A stretch of 64,000 nt of DNA from Candidatus Latescibacterota bacterium (GCA_965116875.1 OZ220733.1:448001-512000), one strand, 5' to 3'; shown: positions 45,291 to 55,520, counted from the stretch's first letter. Numbers and translations: made by a program. The notes: generated from the sequence alone by a model not told the origin.

Positions 45291-46262
45291 ATGTCGGATA
45301 CGGTATTGTATCTCTCGAGAAATGACGTGGAAGCGGTGAATCTGTCGATGTCCGAAATCATCGACGGGCTGGACAGGATGTTTGTGGAAAAGGGACAAGA
45401 CAAGGTGGAAATGCCTCCAAAACCGGGCATCCACACGCAACCGGATGCATTCATTCACGCGATGCCTGCGTATATACCGAGCCTTGAATCGGCGGGAATG
45501 AAGTGGGTGTCGGGATACCCTGAAAACCAGGCAAAGGGGTTGCCGTACATCACCGGGTTGTTGATTCTGAACGATCCCGAAACCGGCATTCCCACGTGCG
45601 TAATGGACTGTACGTGGATCACGGCGATGCGGACGGGTGCGGCCACCGCGGTCGCTGCGAAATACCTGGCGCGCAAGGACAGCTCGACGGTTGGCATTGT
45701 CGCCTGCGGCGTTCAGGGCCGCGGCAATCTCGAAGCGCTCTCGTGCGTATTCGATATCCGGGAAGTCAAGGCGTACGATCTCTACCCGGATCTCGCCGAT
45801 CGATTTGCGGCGGAAATGGGACGCCGGCTGGATGTACGGATAGAGCCGGTACGAGAGGCCTCAGAAGCGGTCAGGGGTCTGGACATCGTGGTTACCAGCG
45901 GTCCGGTCCTGAGACATCCGGAACCCGTGGTTGGAATCGGCTGGTTGTCCGAGGGGTCGTTTGCGTGTCCGCTGGATTTCGATTCCTACTTCCGGGTCGA
46001 TGCGTTTCGCGAGGCCGACAAACTTGCGTGCGACGATATCGGTCAGCTGGACTATTACCGCAAGACCGGTTATTTCGGCGATACGCCCCAACCCTATGCC
46101 GACCTCGGGGAAATCGCCGCGGGACTGAAACCAGGACGGGAGTCGGCGAAGGAGCGCACGATTGCGATCAATCTGGGCCTCGGCCTGGAGGACATGGCGA
46201 CTGCAATTCTGGTTTACCGTCGTGCGGTGGAGCTGGAAATCGGAACCGGGTTACCGCTGTAA
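45291..46262 (+). CDS. Ornithine cyclodeaminase / mu-crystallin family protein
   Basis: AMPA, KW...P.N, T.MRTGA, ACGVQG and G.GLED.A motifs. Confidence 0.92.
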   Translation: MSDTVLYLSRNDVEAVNLSMSEIIDGLDRMFVEKGQDKVEMPPKPGIHTQPDAFIHAMPAYIPSLESAGMKWVSGYPENQAKGLPYITGLLILNDPETGIPTCVMDCTWITAMRTGAATAVAAKYLARKDSSTVGIVACGVQGRGNLEALSCVFDIREVKAYDLYPDLADRFAAEMGRRLDVRIEPVREASEAVRGLDIVVTSGPVLRHPEPVVGIGWLSEGSFACPLDFDSYFRVDAFREADKLACDDIGQLDYYRKTGYFGDTPQPYADLGEIAAGLKPGRESAKERTIAINLGLGLEDMATAILVYRRAVELEIGTGLPL

Positions 46263-46297
46263 TCAGGCCGTTGGGATCACTATGACGGGGAGGCGCG

Positions 46298-47419
46298 ATG
46301 ATTCGACAAACTGAGGACCCGGAAGAGATCGGGCTATCTGAAGAAGGCATGCGGACGGCATGCGGGATCCTGGAGGAGGCGGTGGTCCGGGGAGAGTTGA
46401 TGGGCGCCGCACTGCAGGTGTCACGGGGCGGCGTCGCCCTTCCGCCGGCGTGTTTCGGGCGCCGCACCCTGGCCCCGGCCGGTTCTCCGGTTGCGCCGGA
46501 TACACGATTCCTGGTTGCATCCATCACCAAGCCGATCGTCGCGGCGGCCGTCATGTTGCTCGTGGAGCGGGGCAAGGTCTGCCTGGACGACGCCGTGGCG
46601 GAGCTTGTGCCGGAGTTCGGTCAGGCGGGCAAGGAAGGCGTGCAGGTGCGGCATCTCCTGACCCACACGTCCGGACTGCCGGACATGCTCCCGCAGAATC
46701 TGGCGCTGCGGGCCGAGCATGCGCCGCTGGACGTCTTCATACAACACATTTGCGGGGTGGAACTGCTGTTTCAACCCGGGACGCGGATTTCCTATCAGAG
46801 TTGCGGTATTGCGATGCTTGGCGAGATTGTCCAGCGGATGGAGGCAGTACCCATCCGCACCTTCCTGAAACGTTCGTTCTTCGATCCGCTGGGACTCGAA
46901 AACACGTCGCTGGGTCTCCGGGAACGGAACGCGAGGGAGTCCGACGTGAAAATACACAGCGGGGAATACGGCGAAGCGGACGCCGTGTCGTGGAACTGGA
47001 ATTCCGACTACTGGCGCGGATTCGGCGCGCCATGGGGAGGGCTTTTGACGATACCGGCTGAAATGACGGCGCTCTGTCAGGCCTTTCTGTACGGCGGATC
47101 GCTGAACGGAATCCGCATTCTGAGTCCGGCAACGGTTTCCGCGATGACAACTGACCAGACGTCAGCGATGCCGGACCTGGACCGGACCGACAGATTCCGG
47201 CAGCGCTGGGGGTTGGGATGGCGCCTGAAGGACCGGATGAGTTCAATCTTCGGCGATATGACTTCGGACGCAACCTTCGGACACGAGGGGGCGACCGGCA
47301 CGGTGGCGTGGGTGGATCCCGAAACGGAGACGACGTGCGTATTGTTTACCAACGACCCCCATGGCGCCGCTCCTCTGCGTCCACGGGTGGGCAACGCGGT
47401 TGCGGCCTCGGTGATGTAG
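46298..47419 (+). CDS. Serine hydrolase, beta-lactamase class C family
   Basis: SITK, LLTHTSGL, Y.S and FGH.GATGT motifs; no signal peptide. Confidence 0.92.
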   Translation: MIRQTEDPEEIGLSEEGMRTACGILEEAVVRGELMGAALQVSRGGVALPPACFGRRTLAPAGSPVAPDTRFLVASITKPIVAAAVMLLVERGKVCLDDAVAELVPEFGQAGKEGVQVRHLLTHTSGLPDMLPQNLALRAEHAPLDVFIQHICGVELLFQPGTRISYQSCGIAMLGEIVQRMEAVPIRTFLKRSFFDPLGLENTSLGLRERNARESDVKIHSGEYGEADAVSWNWNSDYWRGFGAPWGGLLTIPAEMTALCQAFLYGGSLNGIRILSPATVSAMTTDQTSAMPDLDRTDRFRQRWGLGWRLKDRMSSIFGDMTSDATFGHEGATGTVAWVDPETETTCVLFTNDPHGAAPLRPRVGNAVAASVM

Positions 47420-47444
47420 TCGCGTACCGTACCGCGGCCACCTC

Positions 47445-47493
47445 CGTAGTTACGTTCTCTTCGTAGTTTCGTTCTTTCGTAGTCTCGTAGTTT
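47445..47493. repeat. Degenerate short tandem repeat (CGTAGT / TTCGT units)
   Basis: CGTAGTTACGTTCTCTTCGTAGTTTCGTTCTTTCGTAGTCTCGTAGTTT between convergent genes. Confidence 0.6.
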
Positions 47494-47503
47494 CCGAGCA
47501 GTT

Positions 47504-48472
47504 CTATCCCTCGACGTGAACGTGGCCGAAGAGTGTGCTGACCGACTCGTCGTTGTGGATGCGGCGGATGGCTTCCGACAGGATGGAAGCGACGGAAAGC
47601 ACCTTGATTTTTCCGTTCTGGACGTTTTCAGGCACCGGAATGGAATTTGAGACGACCAATTCGGTCAGGATGGAGTTTTCCACCCGCTCGACCGCGGGGC
47701 CGGCCAGTACGGGATGTACGATTACGGCGCTGATGTCGAGCGCGCCCTGTTTTCTCAGCGCCGTAGCGGCCTCAACGAGCGACCCGCCCGTAGAAATGAG
47801 GTCATCGATGATCACGGCGTTCTTTCCTTCCACGTCGCCGATAATGTTCAGAACTTCGGTCTGCGTTCCACTCGAGCGTCGTTTGTCTACAATGGCAAGG
47901 GGCGCGTCCAGCAGTTCGGAATAGGCCCGGGTCATTTTGATGTTGCCCACGTCGGGCGTGACCGTGACCAGGTTTTCCATGCCTTTTTCCATCAGGTAGT
48001 TTCCAAAGACGTTGATGGAGTAGAGGTGGTCCATGGGGATGTCAAAAAATCCCTGGATCTGGTTGGAATGCAGATCCAGCGAAAGGACCCTTCTGGCGCC
48101 GGCCGTAACGACAAGGTTCCCGATCAGTTTGGCGGTTATTGGAACCCGCGGCCTGTCCTTCCGGTCCTGCCGGGCATACCCGTAATAGGGTAATACGGCA
48201 GTGATCCGCCGCGCGGAGGCCCGACGGGCCGCGTCGATGAGGATGAGGATTTCCATCAGGGCGTCGTTGGGCGTGAATTCCCCGTTACCACAGATGGGCT
48301 GAACGATATAGACGTCGTTGCCTCGCACGTTCTCCCGGATTTGAACGCCGGTTTCCCCTCCAGGGAAACTGACGACTTCGGCTTCTCCCAGAGTGATGTC
48401 GAGGTGTCGGCAGATCTCTTCGGCCAGGGGCCTGTTGATGTTGCCGGTGAAAATCTGACAGTCGTATCCCAA
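47504..48472 (-). CDS. prs: Ribose-phosphate pyrophosphokinase
   Basis: AAGGAGG RBS followed by TTG; YARQDRK, DLH..QIQGFF and DDLISTGGS motifs. Confidence 0.97.
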   Translation of the reverse strand: MGYDCQIFTGNINRPLAEEICRHLDITLGEAEVVSFPGGETGVQIRENVRGNDVYIVQPICGNGEFTPNDALMEILILIDAARRASARRITAVLPYYGYARQDRKDRPRVPITAKLIGNLVVTAGARRVLSLDLHSNQIQGFFDIPMDHLYSINVFGNYLMEKGMENLVTVTPDVGNIKMTRAYSELLDAPLAIVDKRRSSGTQTEVLNIIGDVEGKNAVIIDDLISTGGSLVEAATALRKQGALDISAVIVHPVLAGPAVERVENSILTELVVSNSIPVPENVQNGKIKVLSVASILSEAIRRIHNDESVSTLFGHVHVEG

Positions 48473-48569
48473 AACGTCAGCCTCCTTCGGGGAGTTCGAG
48501 TCGCGGAATTGAAGAAATTTCCCGGGGAAGAACAGATGGAATATATAAACCGTCTGACGGTGGATCAAT

Positions 48570-49298
48570 ATGTTTCAAATCCTCTACCAGGACGACTGCT
48601 ACGTTGCCGTTGACAAACCGAGCGGCATTTTCGTACACCCGACCCGCCTGGGGCGACGGGAACCCGACTGCATGTCCCGCCTGGGCCGGCAACTGGGTCG
48701 TCCCGTTTTTACGATTCACAGGTTGGACCGCGCCACCTCCGGCGTGCTTCTCTTCGCGCTGAGTTCCGAGGCGGCCCGGAAAATGTGCCTCCTGTTCGAA
48801 GAACGACGCATCCGCAAGGAATACCTGGCCGTGGTTCGGGGGTTTGCGCCCGAAGCCGGACGGGTCGATCACGCCCTGCGCAGACACCGGAAAAACTCAG
48901 CGGTGGATGCGGTTACCGACTTTGTACGGGTAGGAACGGCCGAACTACAGGAGCCGGTTGGCAGACATGAAACAGCGCGCTTCTCACTGGTACGGGCGGT
49001 GCCTCAGACCGGCCGCATGCACCAGATCCGGAGACACATGGCCCATATCTCCCATCCCGTTCTCGGCGACACCAGGTACGGCGACGGCGCGCAGAACCGG
49101 TTCTTTCGCGCCCGGTTCGGTGTGCGCCGTCTGGCGCTTGTGGCCGTCCGCCTCGCGTTTCTGCACCCATATACCGGGGAAGATGTTTCAGTCGTTGCGG
49201 AACCTTCGGAGGATCTCAGGGCGACGTTCGCCGGGTTGGGCTGGAACGCGTCGTTGGCGGCCTGCTCTCATTCGCCCCTGGCTTCCTCTACGCTTTGA
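48570..49298 (+). CDS. truC: RluA-family pseudouridine synthase (TruC-like)
   Basis: KPSG..VH, HRLDRATSG, TGRMHQIRRH and GD..YG motifs. Confidence 0.88.
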   Translation: MFQILYQDDCYVAVDKPSGIFVHPTRLGRREPDCMSRLGRQLGRPVFTIHRLDRATSGVLLFALSSEAARKMCLLFEERRIRKEYLAVVRGFAPEAGRVDHALRRHRKNSAVDAVTDFVRVGTAELQEPVGRHETARFSLVRAVPQTGRMHQIRRHMAHISHPVLGDTRYGDGAQNRFFRARFGVRRLALVAVRLAFLHPYTGEDVSVVAEPSEDLRATFAGLGWNASLAACSHSPLASSTL

Positions 49299-50332
49299 GG
49301 CCGCCCCGAAACATCCCCGCCGGCCCACCTGTACAGCCTGGGAAACAGCGATAGCGTTCGATCCTCGAGCGGCAGCCTTACGGGCGCGCTGTTGCCGCGC
49401 ACCGATTGTCTGGACGCAATGGACACCTCGAGGGCCTGTCGCAGATCATGGCCGGTAATCCACGGTTCACCCTGCCCCCGTACTGCCGCCAGGAAAGAAC
49501 GGAGCGATCCGGTCAGATATTGATACTCGCGCCATTCATAAGGCTCATAGGCCGTTTGCTCTCTGATGCGACGTCCTGCTTGATCAAATCCCGTGTAGAC
49601 CTCCGGCGGCGCCCAGTTCCATCGCACCAGAGAATCATCGGTCCACACGTCCACGCCGCCGTGCGGCGTTGGCATGCCGAACACGGCACAATCGATGCCC
49701 GAACTCATGCGAAACCATCCATGAACAACCAGACCCTCATCCGTTTCCGCAGCCAGCGCCTCCTCCGCCGCTCCCCAGGCCATGACTTCCTCCACTTCCG
49801 CATCGGCAAACAGCCTGAGTACCGATATATGCTGACAACAACCGCCCGAAATCTCACCGCCGAATCCGTGGACGCTGGCCCCTCTCAAAACGCCGAATTC
49901 ACCGGCGCGAATCCGTCCCGCCGCCTCCTGCACCTCGTGCATCGCCCGCTGCAGATTGCCCCCGCCGAACACAACGTCCCGTTTTTTGCAGACGTCGACC
50001 ATCTCGTCCGCATCGGCCAGCAGACCGGCGATGGGCTTCTCCGCCGTCACCCCTTTTACGCCCGCCTGCGCGCACGCCACCACGGCATCTTTAATATACT
50101 TTACCGGTGTCACCACGGAGGCCACGTGGGGAACCTCGTCTCGCAGCAGGGCCTCCGCGTCCGGGTACAGCGCCCCAACCCCGAATCGCTCGCCCACCGC
50201 GCGGCGTCGTTCCGCGTTGACCTCGGCGATGGCGACGAGTTCCGTATCCGGATAGGCCGAAAATGCTTCTGCGTAAACCTGGCCCATACGACCGCATCCG
50301 ATGACCGCTGCTCGTAATCTGACGTCACTCAT
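49268..50332 (-). CDS. Gfo/Idh/MocA family oxidoreductase
   Basis: IGCGRMG and EKP motifs. Confidence 0.88.
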   Translation of the reverse strand: MSDVRLRAAVIGCGRMGQVYAEAFSAYPDTELVAIAEVNAERRRAVGERFGVGALYPDAEALLRDEVPHVASVVTPVKYIKDAVVACAQAGVKGVTAEKPIAGLLADADEMVDVCKKRDVVFGGGNLQRAMHEVQEAAGRIRAGEFGVLRGASVHGFGGEISGGCCQHISVLRLFADAEVEEVMAWGAAEEALAAETDEGLVVHGWFRMSSGIDCAVFGMPTPHGGVDVWTDDSLVRWNWAPPEVYTGFDQAGRRIREQTAYEPYEWREYQYLTGSLRSFLAAVRGQGEPWITGHDLRQALEVSIASRQSVRGNSAPVRLPLEDRTLSLFPRLYRWAGGDVSGRPQSVEEARGE

Positions 50333-50425
50333 CGTTCTCTCCCCTGCTTACAGAGTTCGCCCGCAAGCGGTCCCCCCTCTGAGGGGGCAACGATACAGGA
50401 ATAATCACACCGCGGTGTCATCTGC

Positions 50426-51379
50426 ATGCACGTGAACCCGAAACAGATCTCGATGATGCGAAGCGGCGCGATCGGAGACTTCGTACTGACGCTGCCGGGG
50501 GTGAACGCGCTGCGCACGGCATACCCGCGCTCAACCCTCCGACTCATCGGCAACCCGTCGATTCTCCGCCTCGCCAGCGTGGAAAACGTCGTCGACATCA
50601 ACAGCGCCGAAGTCGCAGGTCTATATAATCCTGAGGGGCCGGTTCCCGAACGTACACGCGCGCTCTTCTCGGATGTCGATCTTCTTCTGGCCTACGCCGT
50701 CGACCCGGGCTGCCGCCTTCAGTCCCGCCTCGCTGAAATCGTCCGCGGCCGGGCCATCGTATTCGATCCACGCCCGAAAGGAGACGTCCACATCGTAGAA
50801 CACCTCCTGGCGCCGTTGCGAAGGATGTGCATACCCGTGTCCGATCCGATGCCTCGCATCCGTCCGGCCGCCAATGAACTGGCTTACGCGGGCGAGATCC
50901 TTAAAAAACACGGTCTTTCCTCCCCCCTGGTGGCCATTCACCCCGGAAGCGGGGGCCGGGAGAAGTGCTGGCCGTTGACTTCCTATTTGGAGCTCGCCCG
51001 CAGACTCCGCATTCGCGGCGCGTGCGTTATCGCCGCATGCGGCCCCGTGGAACGGGGCGCGGTCGATGAACTGAAGGCTCACGTTCCCTGCCAGGTTCCC
51101 CGGGACCTTCGCAGCCTTGCCGCCCTGCTGCAGGGCGCCGACCTCTTCATTGGAAACGACTCCGGACCGGGACACATCGCAGCGGCGGTCGACACCCCCA
51201 CGCTCACCCTGTTCGGGCCTACCGACGCGGAAACATGGTCGCCGCGGCATCCCCTCGCCCGGATACTGAAGGCACCGGACGGCCGCCTTCCTGACCTATC
51301 GGTCGAATCCGTGCTGAACGCCGCACTCGAACAGCTTGTAACTGAACCACCACCGCCGCCGGCGTCATTCGGACCATAA
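50426..51379 (+). CDS. GT9 family glycosyltransferase (LPS heptosyltransferase-like)
   Basis: GAIGDF, IHPGSG..K.WP and GNDSG..H.AAA...LFGPT motifs. Confidence 0.92.
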   Translation: MHVNPKQISMMRSGAIGDFVLTLPGVNALRTAYPRSTLRLIGNPSILRLASVENVVDINSAEVAGLYNPEGPVPERTRALFSDVDLLLAYAVDPGCRLQSRLAEIVRGRAIVFDPRPKGDVHIVEHLLAPLRRMCIPVSDPMPRIRPAANELAYAGEILKKHGLSSPLVAIHPGSGGREKCWPLTSYLELARRLRIRGACVIAACGPVERGAVDELKAHVPCQVPRDLRSLAALLQGADLFIGNDSGPGHIAAAVDTPTLTLFGPTDAETWSPRHPLARILKAPDGRLPDLSVESVLNAALEQLVTEPPPPPASFGP

Positions 51380-51421
51380 TCCGTTCCAACGTGATTCTGC
51401 TATCGGTCAATGGCATTGGAT

Positions 51422-51450
51422 TTGACAGCCTGGGACCAATGTGCCATATT
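51422..51450 (+). promoter_or_regulatory. Putative sigma70 promoter for the second PhyH gene
   Basis: TTGACA-17 nt-CATATT with extended TG; an imperfect inverted repeat ATGGCATTGG / CCAATGTGCCAT flanks the -35. Confidence 0.45.
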
Positions 51451-51520
51451 AAGTTCCGACATCAATAGCATTTTGGCGTCGTCTTTGCATGTCGCACGTG
51501 ACGAAGGCAAGGAGATAAAA

Positions 51521-52483
51521 ATGAACGCCCTGCTCGATCTGACCTTTCGCGGGAATCCAATCGCGGGATCCGTCAATGACACGGGCGAGTTGCGGCGGTC
51601 GGACGACATTCTGCACGATCCTGCCGCACTGCACGACCGAATGGCGGACGACGGCTACCTCTACATGCCCGGACTCCTCGACCCTGAGGAATCGCTGGCG
51701 GCGCGGCTGGAAGTGATGAAGCGCCTCGCCGGCCTGGGCTCGGTGGATGAAACCCTTCCACTCATCGAGGGGAGGTACAAACCGGGCGGCGGGCTTGGTG
51801 CCATGTTCGACTTCACGCTCGACAATCCGGAACTGATGAAACTCCTCTACGACGGGCCCATGATCCGGTTCTACGAACGATTCCTGGGAGGACCCGTCAC
51901 CCATTTCGACTATACATGGTTCCGGGTCAAGGCGCCGGGAACCGCGTCTCCCACCCAACCCCACTACGACGTTGTCTACATGGGACGAGGAACCCCGAAC
52001 CTCTACACCTCCTGGACCCCGCTGGGGGACGTCCCTTTCGAAATGGGCGGCCTGATCATCCTGGAGAATTCACACAAGTGCGAACGCCTGCGGCACACCT
52101 ACGCGCGGACCGACGTCGACAAATACTGCGAGAATGAAAACGAAGCCGGACGCATCGTTGAAACCGCCAGGATTCAGAAGCGCGACCTGACCGGCGAGGA
52201 ACAGTCCCGCATCCGATGGAATTCCACCGGTTCGTATGCCTCCGACGCCATTCAGGCTCGTAACGAAATCGGCGGCCGGTGGCTGACGGCAGACTACAAA
52301 CTGGGTGACGTGCTTGTCTTTTCGATGCACACGCTGCACGCCAGCTCAGACAACCGCACCGACCGGATCCGCATCTCCTCGGACTCCCGCTATCAACTCG
52401 CCTCCGAACCGCAGGACGAACGCTGGATCGGAACCCGTCCGGCGGCGCATGGCATTCGCGCGAAACAGGGCATGATCTGCTGA
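51521..52483 (+). CDS. PhyH family 2OG-Fe(II) dioxygenase
   Basis: AAGGAG RBS; PHYD.VYMGRG, WTPLGD and H.S..N...R.S.D.RY motifs. Confidence 0.9.
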   Translation: MNALLDLTFRGNPIAGSVNDTGELRRSDDILHDPAALHDRMADDGYLYMPGLLDPEESLAARLEVMKRLAGLGSVDETLPLIEGRYKPGGGLGAMFDFTLDNPELMKLLYDGPMIRFYERFLGGPVTHFDYTWFRVKAPGTASPTQPHYDVVYMGRGTPNLYTSWTPLGDVPFEMGGLIILENSHKCERLRHTYARTDVDKYCENENEAGRIVETARIQKRDLTGEEQSRIRWNSTGSYASDAIQARNEIGGRWLTADYKLGDVLVFSMHTLHASSDNRTDRIRISSDSRYQLASEPQDERWIGTRPAAHGIRAKQGMIC

Positions 52484-52488
52484 CCCTC

Positions 52489-52577
52489 AGCCGTCCGTTG
52501 ATAAAGTCGCTCTGCAGGCCTGCCGGAGAAGTCCTGGCAGGCAGGTAGCCCGGATGGGCTTTTTCAACGGGCTGTTA
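52489..52577. repeat. Family B repeat copy with nested hairpin
   Basis: GTCCGTTGATAAAGTCGCTCTGCAGG...CCGGATGGGCTTTTTCAACGGGCTGTTA. Confidence 0.8.
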
Positions 52578-52588
52578 GAACCGGTCTT

Positions 52589-54511
52589 TCAGTCTCCCTC
52601 CTTCGAGCCGCGTTCCTGCATCTGCCGCACAAACGAGTTTTCCGAATATCCGCCACGCACAGCCCTGAAGTCTGCCTCGACTTCGTCCGCGCCACCATCG
52701 GCGCCATATCCGATTGCCGCCGCGGCGCCAAACTCCTTTTCCGCGTCCGCCAGCACCCTTCTCGTGGCCGATGCGCGCAGTTTCCCACGCGCGGCGCCCA
52801 ATTCCTTCAGGTCCTGTGCTGTCAGCGCTTCCACGGAGGCGCCGGTTCGGTCACGGTACGTACGGCGCACCCATGCCCACTCATCCCTCTCGTACATCCC
52901 GTCGGCCAACGCGAATGCCGCATGGAACGCCGCCACCGTGCTCACGTCTCTTGAGACGATATCCGTTTCGATCTTCTCCAGGCGCGCCCCCGCAAGCAAT
53001 AAACCGCCCACGTCCGCCCAGCACGCATCGTATACCTCCCCTTCGGACGGACCCAATCCCTTTCCGTCCGCCACCCGCTGAAGGATCGTTTCAATCAGGT
53101 ACAGGTCGATCGCAGCCGCATAGCTCCTGATGCCGTGGCGCAGGACCAGGCGCCGGATCCTCACGCCGTTGTGGCGCACGTGCTCCACGTCTCGCGGTGT
53201 TTTGTCATACAAAGCGGTGAGAAGCGCCTCGCCCCGCTTCATTCGCTCGACCGTATAGGGACTGAACACTTCGTACCGGATTCTGTCGCGCCTGTCGGAT
53301 GCCGTCCGCCGGTCCCGGTTCGGCCACTTGTCGCCGTCGCGAACGGTACCTGCCGTGTGCAGGTTCATCGCAGGCGTGAGAAAACTCGCGCCCCTTTCCT
53401 CGACGAGGTACGAAAACGGTAAATCCCGGGTATCGAAGTTCGTCATGTGCTTGCCGATGACGACCGTGAACGGTCCGACCGCGCTCGGCAGGAGCATATA
53501 GGATGACGACCCCGTCTTGCTTCCTCGTTCGAGTATACCCTGGTGTACGGGGCCCAGCTTATACATGTGGTTGCTCTGGTTCGTCCCGCTTCCGGCATTG
53601 TAGAACGAATAGAGTCCCGCAATCAGAAGCGTGCTTTTGTGGTGCGTTACCGTGTAGGGACCGCCGAACACAGCGCAGGCTTCGCCGTTATAGCACTCCG
53701 AATTGGCGAAAAAGAGGGAATTCTCGGCCGAAAACTGCTTTCCAACCTGGACGCCCTGCCCGATAAAGCACCGGGACAGGATTGCGCCGCTTTCCACACT
53801 GGAGCCTTCCGCGATGATGAAATCCTCGGCCACAACGGACGCGCCGACTCGCGAACGCGCGTCCGTTTCACTCAATACGGTTCCGTTCTTCAGCATGGCC
53901 GCACCGACGACCTCCGCGCAGCAACCGATGTTTACATCCTGAATCTCATTTACATGCGCGACGACGGCGCGTTCGCCAACCACGCCCGTATCCGAGGTGA
54001 CGTCCGCGATGTACGCATCGACCATCTCCTGCAGGCGCAACGTCATCTCCGTCCGGTACCGGTGCATGCTCATCACGTATGCGAACTGGCTGGACATCTC
54101 GTTGAACATCGGCACCTCGCGCCCGCCACCCTCGTTAACGGTTTCCAAAACCACACCGTTTCCGAATACCGCACCGGCACGCGTCACCATCTGCCCGACG
54201 TCCGTTACGACCGCACCCTCGCCGATCCTGTAGTTCGCGAGGAGACCGCGAACCCGGGTCACCCGCACGTTGTCGCCCAGTACGCAATCAATCAGGGTTG
54301 CGTCCGAGATTTCCGCCGGTAAATCCGCGCCGGCAAAGGACACGTCTCCCTCCACGACGCCCAGCTTGTTCTGTCCGTAGAATCCGACACACCTCACCCG
54401 ATCCGGTTTGAATCCGTGCTTCACTTCGACCCTGGACCAATCCGGGGATTCGCACCCGTTCCGTTCCAGTTCCTCGACCTCGGCCCGCGAAAGCGCCCGA
54501 TAGCCATCCAT
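52589..54511 (-). CDS. DUF4954 family protein (beta-helix-like)
   Basis: YR.L...E...LE.NGC...DW, NEGGGRE and GPYTVTHHKSTLLIAG..SF.NAGSGTNQSNHMYKLGP.HQG motifs. Confidence 0.9.
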   Translation of the reverse strand: MDGYRALSRAEVEELERNGCESPDWSRVEVKHGFKPDRVRCVGFYGQNKLGVVEGDVSFAGADLPAEISDATLIDCVLGDNVRVTRVRGLLANYRIGEGAVVTDVGQMVTRAGAVFGNGVVLETVNEGGGREVPMFNEMSSQFAYVMSMHRYRTEMTLRLQEMVDAYIADVTSDTGVVGERAVVAHVNEIQDVNIGCCAEVVGAAMLKNGTVLSETDARSRVGASVVAEDFIIAEGSSVESGAILSRCFIGQGVQVGKQFSAENSLFFANSECYNGEACAVFGGPYTVTHHKSTLLIAGLYSFYNAGSGTNQSNHMYKLGPVHQGILERGSKTGSSSYMLLPSAVGPFTVVIGKHMTNFDTRDLPFSYLVEERGASFLTPAMNLHTAGTVRDGDKWPNRDRRTASDRRDRIRYEVFSPYTVERMKRGEALLTALYDKTPRDVEHVRHNGVRIRRLVLRHGIRSYAAAIDLYLIETILQRVADGKGLGPSEGEVYDACWADVGGLLLAGARLEKIETDIVSRDVSTVAAFHAAFALADGMYERDEWAWVRRTYRDRTGASVEALTAQDLKELGAARGKLRASATRRVLADAEKEFGAAAAIGYGADGGADEVEADFRAVRGGYSENSFVRQMQERGSKEGD

Positions 54512-54767
54512 GTGTGAATTCTCCTTCCCATCTCAGTTCATCGGTGCGTATCTTGCTGAAAAACCGGTCATTATCGAATCAGGAGGGCGGGTAAGATATC
54601 CTGCGCCGCATCCGACGGCAAGCGTTTTCTGCCGAATTCCCGTCCGGTTCCGCACCTCCCGGTTCGAGGGCAAAAACCTTTACTTCAATCCGGCCATTTG
54701 GTATATTGTCTTTCCTTTTCAGGCAGCCGCCAATCCAGAATACAGCGTTCCACGACGGGAGTACCGG

Positions 54768-55520
54768 ATGTCCGGCAGCATCAAACTCGAAGTCTGCGAC
54801 ACGAGCGCCGACGTAGCGGACAAAGCGTCGGAAACCATCGCAGATCTGATCCGCACAACACCGAATGCGGTGATCGGCCTGGCCACGGGATCCACACCGG
54901 AACAGACCTACGCGAGACTTTCCGATTTGCATCGTAACGAGGGTCTCCGATTCGTCAGGGTGACCTCCTTCAACCTGGACGAATACTGGGGCCTCGACGG
55001 CGATCACGATCAGAGCTACCGTTATTTCATGAACGACCGCCTTTTTCGGAAGATCGACATTCAACCCTGGAATACCCATGTCCTGAACGGTACCGCCGTC
55101 AATCCCGAATTGGAGTGCAGGGCCTTCGAGACGAAAATCCTTGCGGCAGGCGGCATCGACCTGTGGCTGCTCGGTATCGGCACCAACGGTCATATCGCAT
55201 TCAACGAACCCGGTAGCGCCGTTGACAGCCGCACGCGTCTCGTCAACCTTGCGCCGAGTACGATTGCCGCGAACAGTGACGGCCGTTTCTTCAAGGATGC
55301 CGCCAGTGTCCCCCGATTCGCCCTCTCGGCCGGAATCGGTACCATTCGGGAGGCACGGCGTATTCTTCTGCTGGCCACCGGATCCGGGAAGGCAGATGCC
55401 GTTGCGCAGTCCCTGGAAGGACCGCCATCAACGGACTGCCCGGCCAGCCTTCTGCAGAGCCACCCGGACTGCACGTTCATCGTGGACCGCGAAGCGGCTT
55501 CCAGGCTTGGATCCGGTTGA
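54768..55520 (+). CDS. nagB: Glucosamine-6-phosphate deaminase
   Basis: GLATGSTP, FNLDEY, GIG.NGHIAFNEP and PAS.LQ.H motifs. Confidence 0.96.
   Translation: MSGSIKLEVCDTSADVADKASETIADLIRTTPNAVIGLATGSTPEQTYARLSDLHRNEGLRFVRVTSFNLDEYWGLDGDHDQSYRYFMNDRLFRKIDIQPWNTHVLNGTAVNPELECRAFETKILAAGGIDLWLLGIGTNGHIAFNEPGSAVDSRTRLVNLAPSTIAANSDGRFFKDAASVPRFALSAGIGTIREARRILLLATGSGKADAVAQSLEGPPSTDCPASLLQSHPDCTFIVDREAASRLGSG

Noticed and set aside
46298-47419. Antibiotic-resistance beta-lactamase
   Set aside because: No signal peptide; LLTHTSGL-type proteins of this family are commonly esterases or amidases.
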